From the NCBI RefSeq assembly GCF_033153115.1, contig NW_026889779.1:18228001-18292000 (forward strand): DNA of 64,000 bases, given 5' to 3'. Both the position numbers and the translations under genes were made by a program. Below the pieces are notes generated by a model. It was not told the origin of the DNA and did no database searches. It saw nothing but the letters and a program-made list of their open reading frames with translations. This DNA is from Saccostrea echinata (lineage: Eukaryota). This document shows, one piece after another, positions 1-13,145 of this stretch (within the stretch, counting starts at the first letter, position 1; each line of letters begins with the position of its first letter).

Positions 1-253
1 GTTATAATTCAAGAAGTGAACTCAAAATAACATTCAGGAAATTGAAATTATAAAATGTTACCAACATCAAAACGTATGAAAGTTGAAAAGATGTATTGTA
101 CATTATACTAGCTATTCTTGTTTAAAGTTTTTTCCCTCATCCCTAGGCCTGTTTTACCGAACTTGTTGAATATTAAATAAAATACTTATAGATTTTGGTC
201 CTTATTTATCGAAATTAAGTAAACATGAGAATTTTCTACACTTTATAAAACCA

Positions 254-290
254 TCAGAGACCTATATACTATTAGTATATAGGTCCCTGA
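254..290. mobile_element. Minimal palindromic TIR-only insertion with target-site duplication
   Basis: tcagagacctatatact-att-agtatataggtccctga flanked by the direct repeat taaaacca (246-253, 291-298). Confidence 0.65.
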
Positions 291-693
291 TAAAACCATT
301 TCTCAAAGATACTTACTGACGTCATGGACAACAGCTTTTTAAAGAATATTCCAATAAAAACAAGAAAAATTTAACTCAACAGTTTTCATATATAAAAAAA
401 AAATCCTGTTCCACTCCACTCGTGAAATAAATTCCATATCCAACTACAAAACATTGAATATCCTCTAGCTATATTCATATTCTGCTAGATGCACACGCTA
501 TGATTTTGAATGAAACAAAGGAGTTAAATCTACTTGGAATTTGTCTTTTCTTTCCCAGAAAAAAAAGAAACACTCTGTAAACACCTTTATAAAGAAGAAA
601 ATCCAACATCACGAAACAAATCTGAAAGGATTAGCAAACGCATTAAACTGGTGGCCTTTTGTCAACATTGAGTACCAGTTCACAGAAATAAAC

Positions 694-3600
694 ATGGCGG
701 GTGACAACACCACCACCGGTTTGGAAAACTATTTGCACATCATTTTCCCACAACCATGCTATGATGAGTATTTTGTGAAATTTAATTTCTTTCACGGTAC
801 GACTTTTATTTTATTCTAAACAGATTTAAACGAAATTATTCTTGGTTTAGTCACAAAAGAAAAAAAAAACAACTGTGATCAAAGTCCTCTTTACTCGAAT
901 TTCCTCGAGCCATTTCTTATGAGTATACAAACAATCGACTGATGGACATTAACACTGTCAGAGTTCAAAATTGTGTGATATTAAATAAAGATCCCTCAGT
1001 CCAGATATATTGCATAGATTTTTTAAACTGATCTTAATCATCATCATCATTTATTTGTTATCATATGTCATCATACATAAAACAAATACACATAAATATA
1101 CATAATCATTTGAAAGACAATATTTGAGAATCCATAAATTTTAAATAGATTTATAAAAAGATATTCAGGAAACCATATTTTAGATAGTGACTAGTTGATA
1201 CCAGGATAACCCATTAAAGCTGGAGAGCTTATTTCCAATGGGGTCCTACCCTAAATAAGATAAAAATACAATGTTTCATCATTAAAGCACTATAACAATT
1301 TTTGGCACTATAATTTTAGCACTGCATTGCTTAAACGTTAAATTTAATTTAAGTATGACAACATATAGGATCAATAAAATAATACAATATGTTTTATAAG
1401 TTAATGCTGAAACATATCACTTTCATGTTCTAAAATGCCGTTTTGTAAGATAAAACTCTTAACTTGTTTCTTAAAAGTACTCTTTCCTTTAGTACATGAT
1501 CAAACAGTTAATGAGATCAAACAGGTCCGGCACAATCTCTTGATTTAGCTTTATAGCTTGATTTAGCTATGTAGATTGATTTTGCTATATAGCTTTATTA
1601 AGCTATTCAGAATAGCTTGATTTAGCTATTTTATCACACGTTTCTCGTAAATGTGTTATTTTCTCAGCATGCACAAAAAGTCGCACCTTGGTGCAGTGAT
1701 GATATTCAACCTTGAACTCTTCTGAAAATATTGCATGTAAAAATTACTTAATAAATTGCATCTCCTTATTAATAAGAGACTTTGCACTCATAGTTCTAAA
1801 ATTTTTGGGGCTATATAAAGCAATTGATACAGTTACTTCTTCATTGAAATTATAAAAGAGGCCAATTATGGTCAACAAGATAATTGATTGATAATAATTC
1901 AGTACAATGAGAAGCAATCATACTTATCCACGCCTCAACGCACACAAGGTGGTGTACAGTCACTCAAACAATGGAAATTCATCTTTTGCTTAAAAGTATT
2001 CAAATGCTGCAATGTTAGAACTATCTTTGATTTCGGTTGTTGTTTTGATAGCCCATAGTATATACTGGTAACTCTTGATGGCTCGAACTTCGATCTCTCG
2101 AAGTTCTTGATCGCTTGAAGTGAGTCTCCAGTCCCGAATTTTCCCCCTATATAACTAAGCGAATTTACTCTTGATTTCTCAAACTCTTGATCTCTCGAAA
2201 CCCTTGATCCCTCGAAGTCAAAATGCAGTCCCGCTATGCATATTCTATTAGAATTTACTCTCGATACCTCGAAGCGGCTATGTGACTGTACACAGGGTTA
2301 TATAATTAGCACCTTTACCAGGACATTTAAATGGCCCCAGGCAGAAGACGCAGGTCGAGGAACGGGATGTTTATTCAGGTGACACATGCTGCAAGGTGAT
2401 AACTGATTTATAATTAATCATATTTTGCCTATATGCTATTAAAATAATTATCATCGACTGTCTTGCGATAATTTAGAGACGCAGTGTCAGTGAAAAGTAG
2501 TAATTGATTAAAAGACGAAACACTAATTTAATTTTAATTTCGAGTCGGTACCAAAGTTAAACAAAATATGAAAAAAGCAGAAACAGCCTTAATGTCAATA
2601 TGACGACTGCTATTGGACAAATACTTGCAGAACTGCATTCAATGGTCATGTTTGGAATAGTCAATGCTATGTACAATGCTGTAAAATATCATTTTCATGT
2701 AATGAATGCGTAGTATGATGTCCGTATTATAAAGATTAAATAAATATACATGAAATGACAATATACATTGTTGCTTTACTCAGTTTAATGAAATATTCAT
2801 CTAAATTACGAAAAAATATCATTGTTTTATAAAAACCACATGTGAAAGGTTAGCACTGCATGAAAATCATTACATCTGGTAAGACTAATTTTAAAACCTG
2901 TCAACAAACCCGGAAAATTCCGTACTCTTGAAAACTCAAACTCTTGATCTCTCGAAGTTTTTCCTCGGTCCCGCAGACTTTGAGGTATCGAGAGGTTCCT
3001 GTATATGAATAGTCAAATACTTGTGACTTTTTGTCTATTTCTTAAAAACATTTTTCTGAAAAACTGCTCATAAATAGCTTTATCAAGCTATTTTGAATAG
3101 CTTAATAAAGTTACAAAGCTTTTTCAAGCTATATAGCTAAATCAAGAGATTGTGCTGGACCTGTCAAAGGCTTCAAAAATTAGGTCAAAGGTATCGAATC
3201 TCAAAGATGGGACTTAGGATACATGTACTTTTTCCTAATATTGGATGATGTAAAAGAATATCTTGTCAATATTTAAAGCACATGTTTATGCATAAGAGTG
3301 CATTTTAATATGTAATAATAGTTTTCTTTCTTTTTTCAGCTCAGTGTTTCAACATAGTACTTAGCAAAGCCTTGGGATACAGTATTATCTTAGGAGCTGT
3401 TATGGGTATGTATAAGCCTTGGGATACAGTATTATCTTAGGAGCTGTTATGGGTATGTATATAACCATCCAGTCCAGAGATAAATTTTATGTGTCCTTGG
3501 AAATCACATACTAATTTGTCTAGGGACACATAATTTCAATCAATGTGCATCCCAATGGACGCAGCAAAATTCAGGAGGTGTATGTATTGTTTTTAGCTCC

Positions 3601-6600
3601 AAACAGTTGATTGCATCATATCCACATGCTGAGCGATATGCATGAACCATTTTGTAAAAATTGTTTAAGGCTAGTCTACCTACCAGCAATAGGCCGGATG
3701 TTGCACCTTGCTATTATAACAGTTAATGGGCAATTATCATGAATATCAGGGAACATCTACAAATGTATTAAATTGTTTTTGTATTCAACATACCTGCATG
3801 ATTATAATAAACAAAATTATTTTTTTTTATAATTAAAAAAAAAACAAAAAATGGTATACGTAAATTTTTATGTCTACAAAGTTTTTGAAAATTTGTCCTT
3901 GGTATGCAGTGTTTTTAAATATATTTCTTAATTACTTTCAGTGAAACTTCCCCAGATTGTGAAGATTCTGAAGGCGGGGAGCGGGGAGGGAATCAGTCTG
4001 GCCGCAGTCCTGTGTGAACTCTTTGCCATATCAGCCACAACAACATATGCATTTGCCATGAGCTTCCCATTCAGGTGTGAATAGACTGTGAGTCTGTCTC
4101 AAACTAACCAGCCATTAAAGATTCTTATTTAAGTGTGAATAGACTGTGAGTCTTCTCAAACTCACTAGCCATTTAAGATTCTCATTTAGGTGTGAATAGA
4201 CTGTGAGTTTGTCTTAAACTCACCAGCCATTTAAGCTTCCCATTCAGGTGTGAAAAGACTGTGAGTCTGTCTCAAACTCGCTAGCTATTCCATTTAAGCT
4301 TCCCATTCAAGTGTGAAAAGACTTTGAGTCTGTCTCAAACTCTAGCTATTTAAGATTCTCATTTAAGTGTGAATAGACTGTGAGTCTGTCTCAAACTCTC
4401 CAGACATTTGATATAAGCTAATGTGTGAATGAATTACGAGCCTGTCTCAAGCTCAACAATTATTATTTATTTAAGAGCTTTCAATTTAGCATTTGTTTAG
4501 GTGAGAAATGTAGGCTGTGCGTATGTCATAAAATCATTACTGTAAGTTCCTAATTATCAGGATGATTTATTATTGCATCATTTTGTGAAAAGTATTGGCT
4601 TTTATTTTTAGATAACTTATAAACACATATTAAAATGTTCTCACCATTTGACAAGTTCCATTCCAGAAATTAAGTGTTTGCATAAAATAAGAAATCTAAA
4701 GTAACATTAATAAGAAACTTCTTTTTGTCTCTGCCTGCTGTTGATATAAAATTTTGTATTTGTGTTAAAAAGCTGAGGTTAGCTTCGTGGCCTATGCATG
4801 GAAAAGGCCTTTGCTTGTTAATGTCTCTATCTCAATTTTTCAGTGCTTATGGTGAGGGTCTGTTCCTGACAATACAGACCAGTACTATTGCCTTTCTGAT
4901 CCTCTTCCTGGGTAGTAATGCTGCGGGGGCTTTCCTGTTTGGAGCCTCCTATATAGGAATCATGGCTTATCTGCTGTCAGGGCTGTGTCCACTGCCAATA
5001 TTAGGGGCTTTACAGAGTATAAATATACCAATAGTTATACTAAGCAAGGTAAGTTTGTAAGTACATTTAAAGTTTGTAAGTACATTAAAATAGAGTCCCT
5101 TTCTTTTAGCTTTATAATGACTCTAAAAAGATAAAATCAATTTTTTTTTTTCATTTTTTTTTTGGTAATTTGACCATTTCTTTTTTTGTAACAGAGTGAT
5201 TTCTGAGGTACATCTTCATTTTTAGCTCACCTCAACGAAGTTGGGGTAGCTTATGTAATACCCTTGGCGTCGGTGTCAGCTTAGGCATCCCAGGTTAAGG
5301 TTTTTGGAGCAGTTTTCTTTTCAAGTACTTCTATGGCCTATATTAGTCAGAGATGCATGGAGGATGCTTCTAGTGTGCTTCATTGTACCAGTCAAGGTTT
5401 CAGATGCTGCAATTTCAGCTAAAGAATGACCAGGTTAATGTTTTTGGAGCAGGTTAAAGTTTTTGGAGCAGGTCTCATTTCCAAGTAACTATAAGCCCTA
5501 TATTGACCAAACTTGCATGGATGATACATCTAAGGATGCACACTACTGAACTTGCTTTGGATGCTGAATCTGACCTTTATATTCTGGATGAGTGACCAGG
5601 TTAAAGTTTTTGGAGCAGATGTCATTTCCAAGTATGTATAAACCCTATATTGAACAAACTTGCATGGATGATACATCTAAGGTTTCACACTACTGGACTT
5701 GCTTCAGATGCTGGATATGACCTACATTTTCTGGATGAGTGACTAGGTTAAAGTTTTTGGAGTAGATCTCATTTCCAAGTAACTATAAGCCCTATATTGA
5801 CCAAACTTGCATGGATGATACATGTACATCTAAGGATGCACACTATTGGACTTGCTTCGGATCCTGGATCTGACCTAAATTTTCCGGATGAGTGACCAGG
5901 TTAAAGTTTTTGGAGCAGATCTCATTTCCAAGTAACTATAAGCCCTATATTGACCAAACTTGCATGGATGATACATCTAAGGATGCACACTACTGGACTT
6001 GCTTTGGATGCTGGATCTGACCTACATTTTCAGGATGAGTGACCAGGTTAAAGTTTTTGGAGCAGATCTCATTTCCAAGTAACTATAAGCCCTATATTGA
6101 CTAAACTTGCATGGATGATACATCTAGGGATGCACACTACTGGACTTGCTTCAGATCCTGGATCTGACCTACATTTTCCGGATGAGTGACCAGGTTAAAG
6201 TTTTTGGAGCAGATGTCATTTCCAAGTATGTATAAACCCTATATTGACCAAACTTGCATGGATGATACATCTAAGGATTTACACTACTGGACTTGCTTTG
6301 GATGATCTGACCTACATTTTCTGGATGAGTAACCAGGTTAAAGTTTTTGGAGTAGATCTCATTTCCAAGTAACTATAAGCCCTATCTGAACCAGACTTGC
6401 TAGGATGATGCATCAAGGGATGAACAATCTCAAACTTGCTTTGGATGCTGGATTTGACTTACATTTTCTGGATGAGTGACTAGTTCTAAGTTTTCAGTTT
6501 TCAGATAAGTCTATTCCCAAGTAACTGCAAGCCCTATCAGACCAAAATTGCATAAGTGTTGCATCTAGGGATGCACACTCCAAGGTTATTAGTTTAGTGT

Positions 6601-7154
6601 GGGACTTTGCCTTACTTAAAGACAACATTCGTTGAGGTGAGCTCTGTAATCTCTTATTACCTTTGTTTAGGATTAATTGTCCCTCCGTTCACTCATAAAT
6701 AATTTTCCTTCAATACTTATGGTATTTCAAGAGAAATCTAATTGGTAATTAAGAAATTTTGACAAAAGTATTTTGCAAATATGTTGACAGATATGATATT
6801 TTAACTGGACAATTTCATTTAAGGAATAATAATCATTTATCCCAGATAGAGTTATCTCCCTTATCAACAGGTCAGTGATCCTTAAGTCAAACAGTTGTGT
6901 TATGTATTGATTTAATGACATTCTCCTTACAGATGCTGCAGGCTGTGACTAATTTCCGGAATGGCGGGACGGGTCAGCTGTCTGTGGTGACGGTCTTCCT
7001 GTTGTTTGCGGGGTCGCTGGCCCGAGTCTTTACGTCCATCCAGGAGACTGGGGACACGCTCATTATCGTCACCTTTATTGTATCAACAGTCTTCAATGGC
7101 CTTATATTTGCTCAGATTTTATATTACTGGAATGCCAAACCTAAGAAGGACTAA
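694..7154 (+). CDS. MPDU1: Mannose-P-dolichol utilization defect 1 protein (PQ-loop family), 5 coding exons: 694-796, 3340-3405, 3942-4074, 4844-5048, 6933-7154; 242 aa
   Basis: All introns are GT-AG with compatible phases (103+66+133+205+222=729 nt). Spliced product MAGDNTTTG...[54 protein letters not shown]...FPFSAYGE...[11 protein letters not shown]...[15 protein letters not shown] matches MPDU1/Lec35 motifs. AATAAA lies ~25 nt after the stop. Confidence 0.95.
1522..3163. mobile_element. Non-autonomous DNA transposon in MPDU1 intron 1, 5-bp TSD
   Basis: TIRs caggtccggcacaatctcttgatttagct / agctaaatcaagagattgtgctggacctg; subterminal tagctat/atagct repeats; TCAAA on both sides (1517-1521, 3164-3168). 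Confidence 0.85.
2065..3001. mobile_element. Tc1/mariner-pogo-like MITE nested in the previous element
   Basis: TA-flanked degenerate TIRs; repeated ctcttgatctctcgaa subterminal motifs at both ends. Confidence 0.65.
3367..3461 (+). repeat. 47-bp tandem duplication spanning the MPDU1 exon 2 donor
   Basis: aagccttgggatacagtattatcttaggagctgttatgggtatgtat occurs at 3367 and 3414. Confidence 0.95.
4061..4452 (+). repeat. ~57-58-bp minisatellite (~7 units) starting in the 3' end of MPDU1 exon 3
   Basis: gtgtga(a/t)...agactgtgagtc units at 4075, 4133, 4190, 4248, 4311, 4367 and 4423. Confidence 0.9.
5219..6668 (+). mobile_element. Helentron-associated (HINE/pearl-like) non-autonomous element with a central ~119-bp satellite array
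   Basis: 16-bp subterminal IR agctcacctcaacgaa (5224-5239) / ttcgttgaggtgagct (6628-6643); 3' hairpin gtaat..attac; T-rich flanks; ~9-10 units containing gaccaggttaaagtttttggagcag. Confidence 0.85.
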
Positions 7155-8384
7155 AATACAAATCATTCCATTTGTAAAATAAAGCCATATGAAAGAAAAT
7201 TAGTCCAGGGAATTTTCACAGGAGAACTATTTTGTTTAGTTTTTGAGTTAGTGGGTCCATTCTGTGTTTTTTTAGAAAGTAAATTTTGTTTTTAGATTTT
7301 ATTTTAAAATTCATATGTTTCATCACAGTCAGATAACTGTGGCATGTCAAAAAAAATGTAAATCATAATTGATGTTTTAAAACCTTGCTTAAACCAGACA
7401 ATGTTCTGTTGTTGATGATAATCTGTAAATAGACTGTAAAACTTTTATAGCTCAAAGGTTTATTCTTGTATCACACATGTTACAAATGATTTATTTGATA
7501 TCTATATGCAATTTCTTGAACAAGATTCATGTTGATTCCATGTATGGTAAATACTGAATTGTTGAAAACAATTGTATAGTAATGTAGTAGACAAATATAA
7601 CATTACAAATTCTGATACAATATCATTGAGAGTTTTTGTACACCACAATATGACACATATAAATTAAAAAGAGAGAGAGAAATTTTTAAGTTTCACCATT
7701 AATGATGGGTATAATTTTGACATTTGGCTACATGTAAAATATGGACACTATGACAGAAAAACAATAAATTGCTGTCATCTGCAGCTTTCTTCTAACAACT
7801 GAAAACAGTTTCTTGTGAGAACTGTACCAAATGTAACAAGCAGGCAGGGTTGATTGCCAGTGGTGAAATACCTCGGTAGAGCAGGTACTTTAAGTTCATT
7901 GCGCCCAGATTTAAATCCAGGTCTGCTCCATCTTGTAATATCCCTTACTTTGGTGATGTTGACCACACTCTGACTTGCAAATAAAAGTCCTGTTAGGGGC
8001 TAAAGAATCTGGATTGGCATTGGTTTGAAGACATTTTTAAATTTTTGAACTTAAACAAGTTGTTTTTAAGATAAACGTTTTTCCGTCGTATCTCATGCAT
8101 TAATCTTAACTTCATGTTAAATGTCTCAATTCTGACATTGCAAGAGTCATCCCCACACTGTTTTTCATCGTAATGTGTGTAATTTTTCAAAATAATTTGT
8201 TTTAATTAATTCTCTGACTGAAAAAGACATACAGTGTACTTAGTCTAGTATATATTGTTGTGGTATAAACTTTTTAGGAAACTACAGACTTAATTTCTTT
8301 AAAATATTACTTCAACTGAAATTGTTTGATCATATATTTTTAGAAAAAAATGTTTGTTTTCGCTTTCCCGACTGACCCTGATTT

Positions 8385-8580
8385 ATAGTGCTGACCTCAT
8401 TTATTTTTGACCTATTGCTTTCCGTTTTCGTCCGTCGGCGTGCGTCGTGCGTTAACGTGAACATTTTCAGCTTCTTCTCTGAAACAGCTCAATCAATTTC
8501 AACCAATTTTGGCACATAGCATCTATTGGTGAAGGGGGACAAAATTTGTGCATTTCATGGTCCCTGAAGGGTGGGGCAAT
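8385..8580 (+). mobile_element. 5' part of a HINE-like element interrupted by the RTE (3' remnant at ~11071-11122)
   Basis: cgtccgtcggcgtgcgtcg microsatellite and aatttcaacc motif shared with the element at 39703. Confidence 0.5.
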
Positions 8581-11070
8581 CATCATCATGGTTCCTTTTG
8601 ATTCCTGGTGGAACATAGGGCTTCGGCAACAGTCCTCCATCGCACTCTGTTTTGAGCAGCCTTTTTCAATTGTTTCCAGCTATGTCCACACTGTCTGATT
8701 TCCTCTTCACATGACCTTCGCCAAGTTGTCCTGGGACGCCCAACTCACCGTTTGCCTCGGGGGGTCCACATGAGTGAGTGGCGCGTAATGTCTCCCGATG
8801 GTTTTCGGAGGGTATGTCCAATCCACCGCCACTTTCTACGGGCTATTTGTTTAGTGATTGGGTCTTGGTTTGTTGTTTCCCACAGGTTCTTGTTGTTTAT
8901 ATTTTCTGGCCATCTGATGTTTAGTGTGTGGCGCAGACATCTGTTTGCGAAGGTTTGTAGTTTGTTGGAGGTGGTGTTGGTGACTCTCCATGTTTCAGAC
9001 CCGTAGAGGAGCACAGACTTGACATTGGTGTTATAGATGCGAAGTTTTATGGGTGTGGACAGTGCTGTTGATTTCCACACAGGCTTGAGGGTGCTGAAGA
9101 CGTGTCTCGCTTGATTAATTCTTGCTTTTATGTCTTCATCTGTTCAACCAGTGATTGTTAGAATGCTGCCTAAGTATGTAAAGAAAACTACATCTTTCAG
9201 GTTGTGCTCTCCAAGCGTAATTGGTGTTTGCTGTTTGTTGTGGAGCCGCATTGCCTCTTTCTTGTCGATGTTCACCTGTAGACCTGTCTTTGCTGCTTCC
9301 TTTGCAAGCCTATTTGTCTTGAGTTGCATATGCTCATATTTCTGGGACATAAGGCATAGATCGTCTGCAAAGTCGAGGTCTTCCAAACACTGAGTTAAAG
9401 TCCACTGGACTCCTGTCTTGCTATCTCTAGTTGTTTCCCGCATGATCCAGTCCACTACCACTAGAAAAATCATTGGTGACAGTAGACAGCCTTGTCTAAC
9501 CCCTGTCTGTACCTCAAACGCTTCTGTGAGCTTTCCATTGTGGATGACTTGGCATGTAGCCTCGTCATACAATTGTTGTATGAGGTTGATAAAGGTAGGA
9601 GGCGTTCCATAATGCTGGAGTAGTTTCCAGATGACTTTTCTATCAACACTATCAAAGGCCTTTTCAAAGTCGATGAAGTTCAGATACAGTGTTGACTGCC
9701 ACTCTAGTGACTGTTCGATTATTATACTTAGAGTGGCGATCTGGTCTGTACAGGACTTGTCCTTTCTAAAGCCTGCCTGTTCTGGACGAAGTCGTTCTGC
9801 TATAGTATCTTTGAGTCTTTCCAGTATTATTCTTGTCAGGATCTTGCTTGGGAGAGAGAGGAGCATGATGCCACGCCAGTTCTTGCATTGTCCCAGGTCT
9901 CCTTTCTTGGGTAGCTTCACTAAATGTCCTTTTTTCCAATCAGCTGGTACCTTCCCCTCTGACCAGATCTTCTGCAGGAGAGGTAGTAACATATCTGCTG
10001 AAGTCTTTATGTCTGCCTTAAGGGCTTCTGGAGGAATTCCATCAGGCCCAGCTGCTTTCCCACTCTTTAGTTTCTTCAGAGCCTTGATGGTCTCAGCCCT
10101 TGTGGGAGGGGCGGTGATCACTGCTAGTTCAGAGTCTGCTGGTGGTATGTTTGGTGTTGTTTCTGGTGTTGGGCGATTTAGGAGTTCTCTGAAGTGTTCT
10201 TCCCAGCGTTTTCTCTGGTCTTCATCCTTTGTTATAGCGTTGCCTTCCTTGTCTTTTACTGGCTTGGTCTGTGGTGGTCTCTTCCCAGCCAGGGTTCTTG
10301 TGATTTTGTACATGGTACTGAAGTCTCTTTTCTCTTCCGCTTCCTCAGCTTCTGTAGCTAGCTTATTATAGAAGTGTCTTTAATCTCTCCTTGCACTTTT
10401 CTTTACTTCATTGTTTAGGATAGTGTGTCTGTCTTTTAATTCTTGTTTCTTTTGTTCCTCCTCACAGCTCATAATCTGCTGTTTGAGAAGTTTTCTTTCT
10501 TCAACCAGTTTCCATGTGTCTCCTGAAAGCCATTCCTTGTCTTGCTTTTCTCTTTTCCCTAGGATCTCTTCGCATGTGTCTTTCCAGTTGTCTTTGATGG
10601 AGTTCCAGTGTTCTTCTAGTGGTGTTACTTGACAGACGTTGTTAAGGACCTCAAATCTGTTTTTCAGTGTGATGCTAAAGGTGTCTCTTGTGCCTTTTTT
10701 CCTGAAGTCTCTGGGTGTTAAACTTGATGTGTGGTCACAGTTGTCCTTGAAGGCTTTCAACTTGACTTTAATAGTGCCTTGTACTAGGTGGTGGTCTGAA
10801 GCTACATCAGCCCCTCTTCTTGATCTTGTATCAAGGAGGCTGCGTCTCCACTTCCTTGAGATAGTAATGAAGTCTATCTGGTTCTTGGTTTTTCCATCAC
10901 GGGAGATCCAAGTCTCTTTGTGGATGTTTTTGTGCTGGTAGACACTTCCTCCTATCACAAGGTCATTGAATGTCAAAAATCTGTGAACAGCTCTCTATTC
11001 TCATTCATGTTTCCAAGTGCCTGGATACCCATGATGAGTTCTTTCCCATAATTGTCTGAACTATCTTGGA
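8580..11070 (-). mobile_element. 5'-truncated, frameshifted RTE-clade non-LTR retrotransposon (AP-endonuclease C-terminus + RT)
   Basis: ORFs 10380-10976 (NQIDFI, SDHHLV), 9144-10313 (KAAGPDGI, QAGFR, FIDFEKAFDSV, GVRQGCLLSP, DFADD) and 8745-9080 (YGSETW, WIGHTLR); (TGA)n-like 3' tail. Confidence 0.93.
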
Positions 11071-11375
11071 CCTATTTTGTCCCAGGTGGTCGATAGCTAG
11101 GCACTATTGAGTTCCAATTGTTAGAAGACTTACCTGTAAATTCAAGATGGCCTTCTCAAGTAAGTGTTCAGGGATTTTGAAAATCCTTACTTTCAGATCA
11201 TGTGATTTATTTAGGGTATTGATATTCTTGATACTTTTAAAGTTTTAAAGTTTAAAGTTTAATGCATGTCAACAAGACAAAAGCAGGGTTATTGTAAAAA
11301 CTGTTCTAAATACATATTATTTAGAAAATGTTTTGTTTGATTTCAGGAATAAACTTATCGAAGGTTACACGTAAC

Positions 11376-11413
11376 CGGGTTAGGGTTAGACGTCAGGGTT
11401 AGGGTTAGGGTTA
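11376..11413 (+). repeat. Interstitial telomeric (TTAGGG)n patch flanked by a 16-bp direct repeat
   Basis: cgggttagggttagacgtcagggttagggttagggtta between two copies of gaaggttacacgtaac (11360-11375, 11414-11429). Confidence 0.85.
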
Positions 11414-11499
11414 GAAGGTTACACGTAACAGATATGACATTAAGAAAACTAGCATTTCTATCCGCAATATTTTTTGAGAAGTTCTGATCGTCAAACAGA

Positions 11500-12760
11500 C
11501 TCCTTACAAAATTATTAACTGCTGCAAAGGGGAAACTTCAGACGTACTGTGCTACAGCATATTCTTGAAAATCAGATGTTGATCCTCAAAAACTCTAAAG
11601 AACTTTAAGAAAATTTAAAACCATCATATTTTTCAAAAGTCTATAACATCAAAACTTACGACTTTCTGCACTTTATACAACAATGCCTCAAGATAAATTA
11701 AAATCAAGACTTTTTGGTATCATAGACATCTGCTTCTTCAATAAAAACGGAACTCAGAAACTTGCACATCTTGTGATTGGTCAACAGCAAAATTACTTCG
11801 TTAAAAACCACTCTGATTGTACACACAAGTACTATGAAGTTGATATTAAAAGGATGCAGGAGTTCCTCATTGACAACGTATATGCAGTCTTCGGAGACTA
11901 GGTCTTCCAACAAGCTGTTGAAATTTCTATTGGTAATAATTATGCTCCTTTATTAGCTGTCCTGTTTTTTATATTCTTATAAAGCAGAATTTATTTAAAA
12001 CCTTCTATATGAGAAGAGGAAATCACTTGATGTGACCTTCAGTTCGACATTCAGATATACTGGTATCGACGATGTTTTATGAATTAACAATGGTTATTTT
12101 CATTCATATGTCGACTCGATATATCCCAGTGAACTTGAAATAAAAGACACCACAGAGTCTTCAACATTTCCTTTATATTTGGATGTTTTCCTTACTATAG
12201 ACGATGAGGGCCAACTAACAACCAAATTGTATTACAAACGAGATGATTTCAGCTTTTCCATCGTCAACTTTCCTTATTTATATAGTAATATTCCACTATC
12301 ACTGCTTATGGTGTTTATGTCTCCCAACTTATTTGCTACTCTAGAGCTTGCTCTGAGTACAATCAATTTTTAAAACTGAGGCAAGCTATGGACAGATAAC
12401 CTGATGTTACAGAAATTTTAACAACCTCCTTTAAAATCAGCATTTCACAAATTCTATGGTCGCTATAATGACCTTGTTAGCAAATAAAACATATCATTAT
12501 GTCGTATTTTGGCTGACTTGTTTCGTACTAAATGTAAGGCCTTGTTTTTATACTAGTTTTGACTATGCAATGTATCCTTGATCAATTGATAGGGCTCACG
12601 GAGGGCGGTCAACGGGGGATGCTTACTAGATCCTAGGCATCTGATCCCACCTATGGAATTTCCAGGAGTCCGTGTTTTATGCCCTCTTCTGCCCTTTTCA
12701 CAGATTTGCTTTTGTTTTTAGATTTTTTAGAGATCGACTGTTAGTTATCTTCACATTTTA
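11500..12760 (+). mobile_element. Decayed Naiad-type Penelope-like element (RT 3' part + pseudo-LTR)
   Basis: ORF remnants DKLKSRLFGIIDICFFNKNG, EFLIDNVYAVFGD and TKLYYKRDDFSFSIVNFPYL, homologous to the element at 49495-53247. Confidence 0.88.
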
Positions 12761-13145
12761 CCATAGTGTAAAAGGTGATTTTCGGCTGAAAATGATTTAT
12801 TTCTTACATGTATCATCAATTTATCAAGAGGGCACATTTGGTAGGTAATGATATTTCAACCTTAATTTTAAACAATGAATGACAACCTTTTGAAGAGAGT
12901 ATGCTTTTAGAAAGTGTAATTTTTAAACAAAATCGTAGATATTAATACAGGTTAAATTTATACTGTATAGTCCGTTTTCATTTTTTTAACATGCAAGTCT
13001 ATTGATGAATTCATTTTGTAAAACTATACTTTGATCAAACATAATTCTATTGTTATTGATATTCCATTGATAAACCTATATAACTGTAATAGCATGTACA
13101 TGTATAGCTTAAAGGTTTATTTAGTATCACATATGTTGCATTTAA

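Noticed and set aside
5450-6560. CRISPR-like array
   Set aside because: Whole ~119-bp units repeat with no unique spacers; it is a eukaryotic intronic satellite inside a HINE
9631-10371. 246-aa plus-strand ORF and other antisense ORFs over the RTE, TRIM and Naiad sequences
   Set aside because: Shadow ORFs opposite real coding sequence, with no independent features
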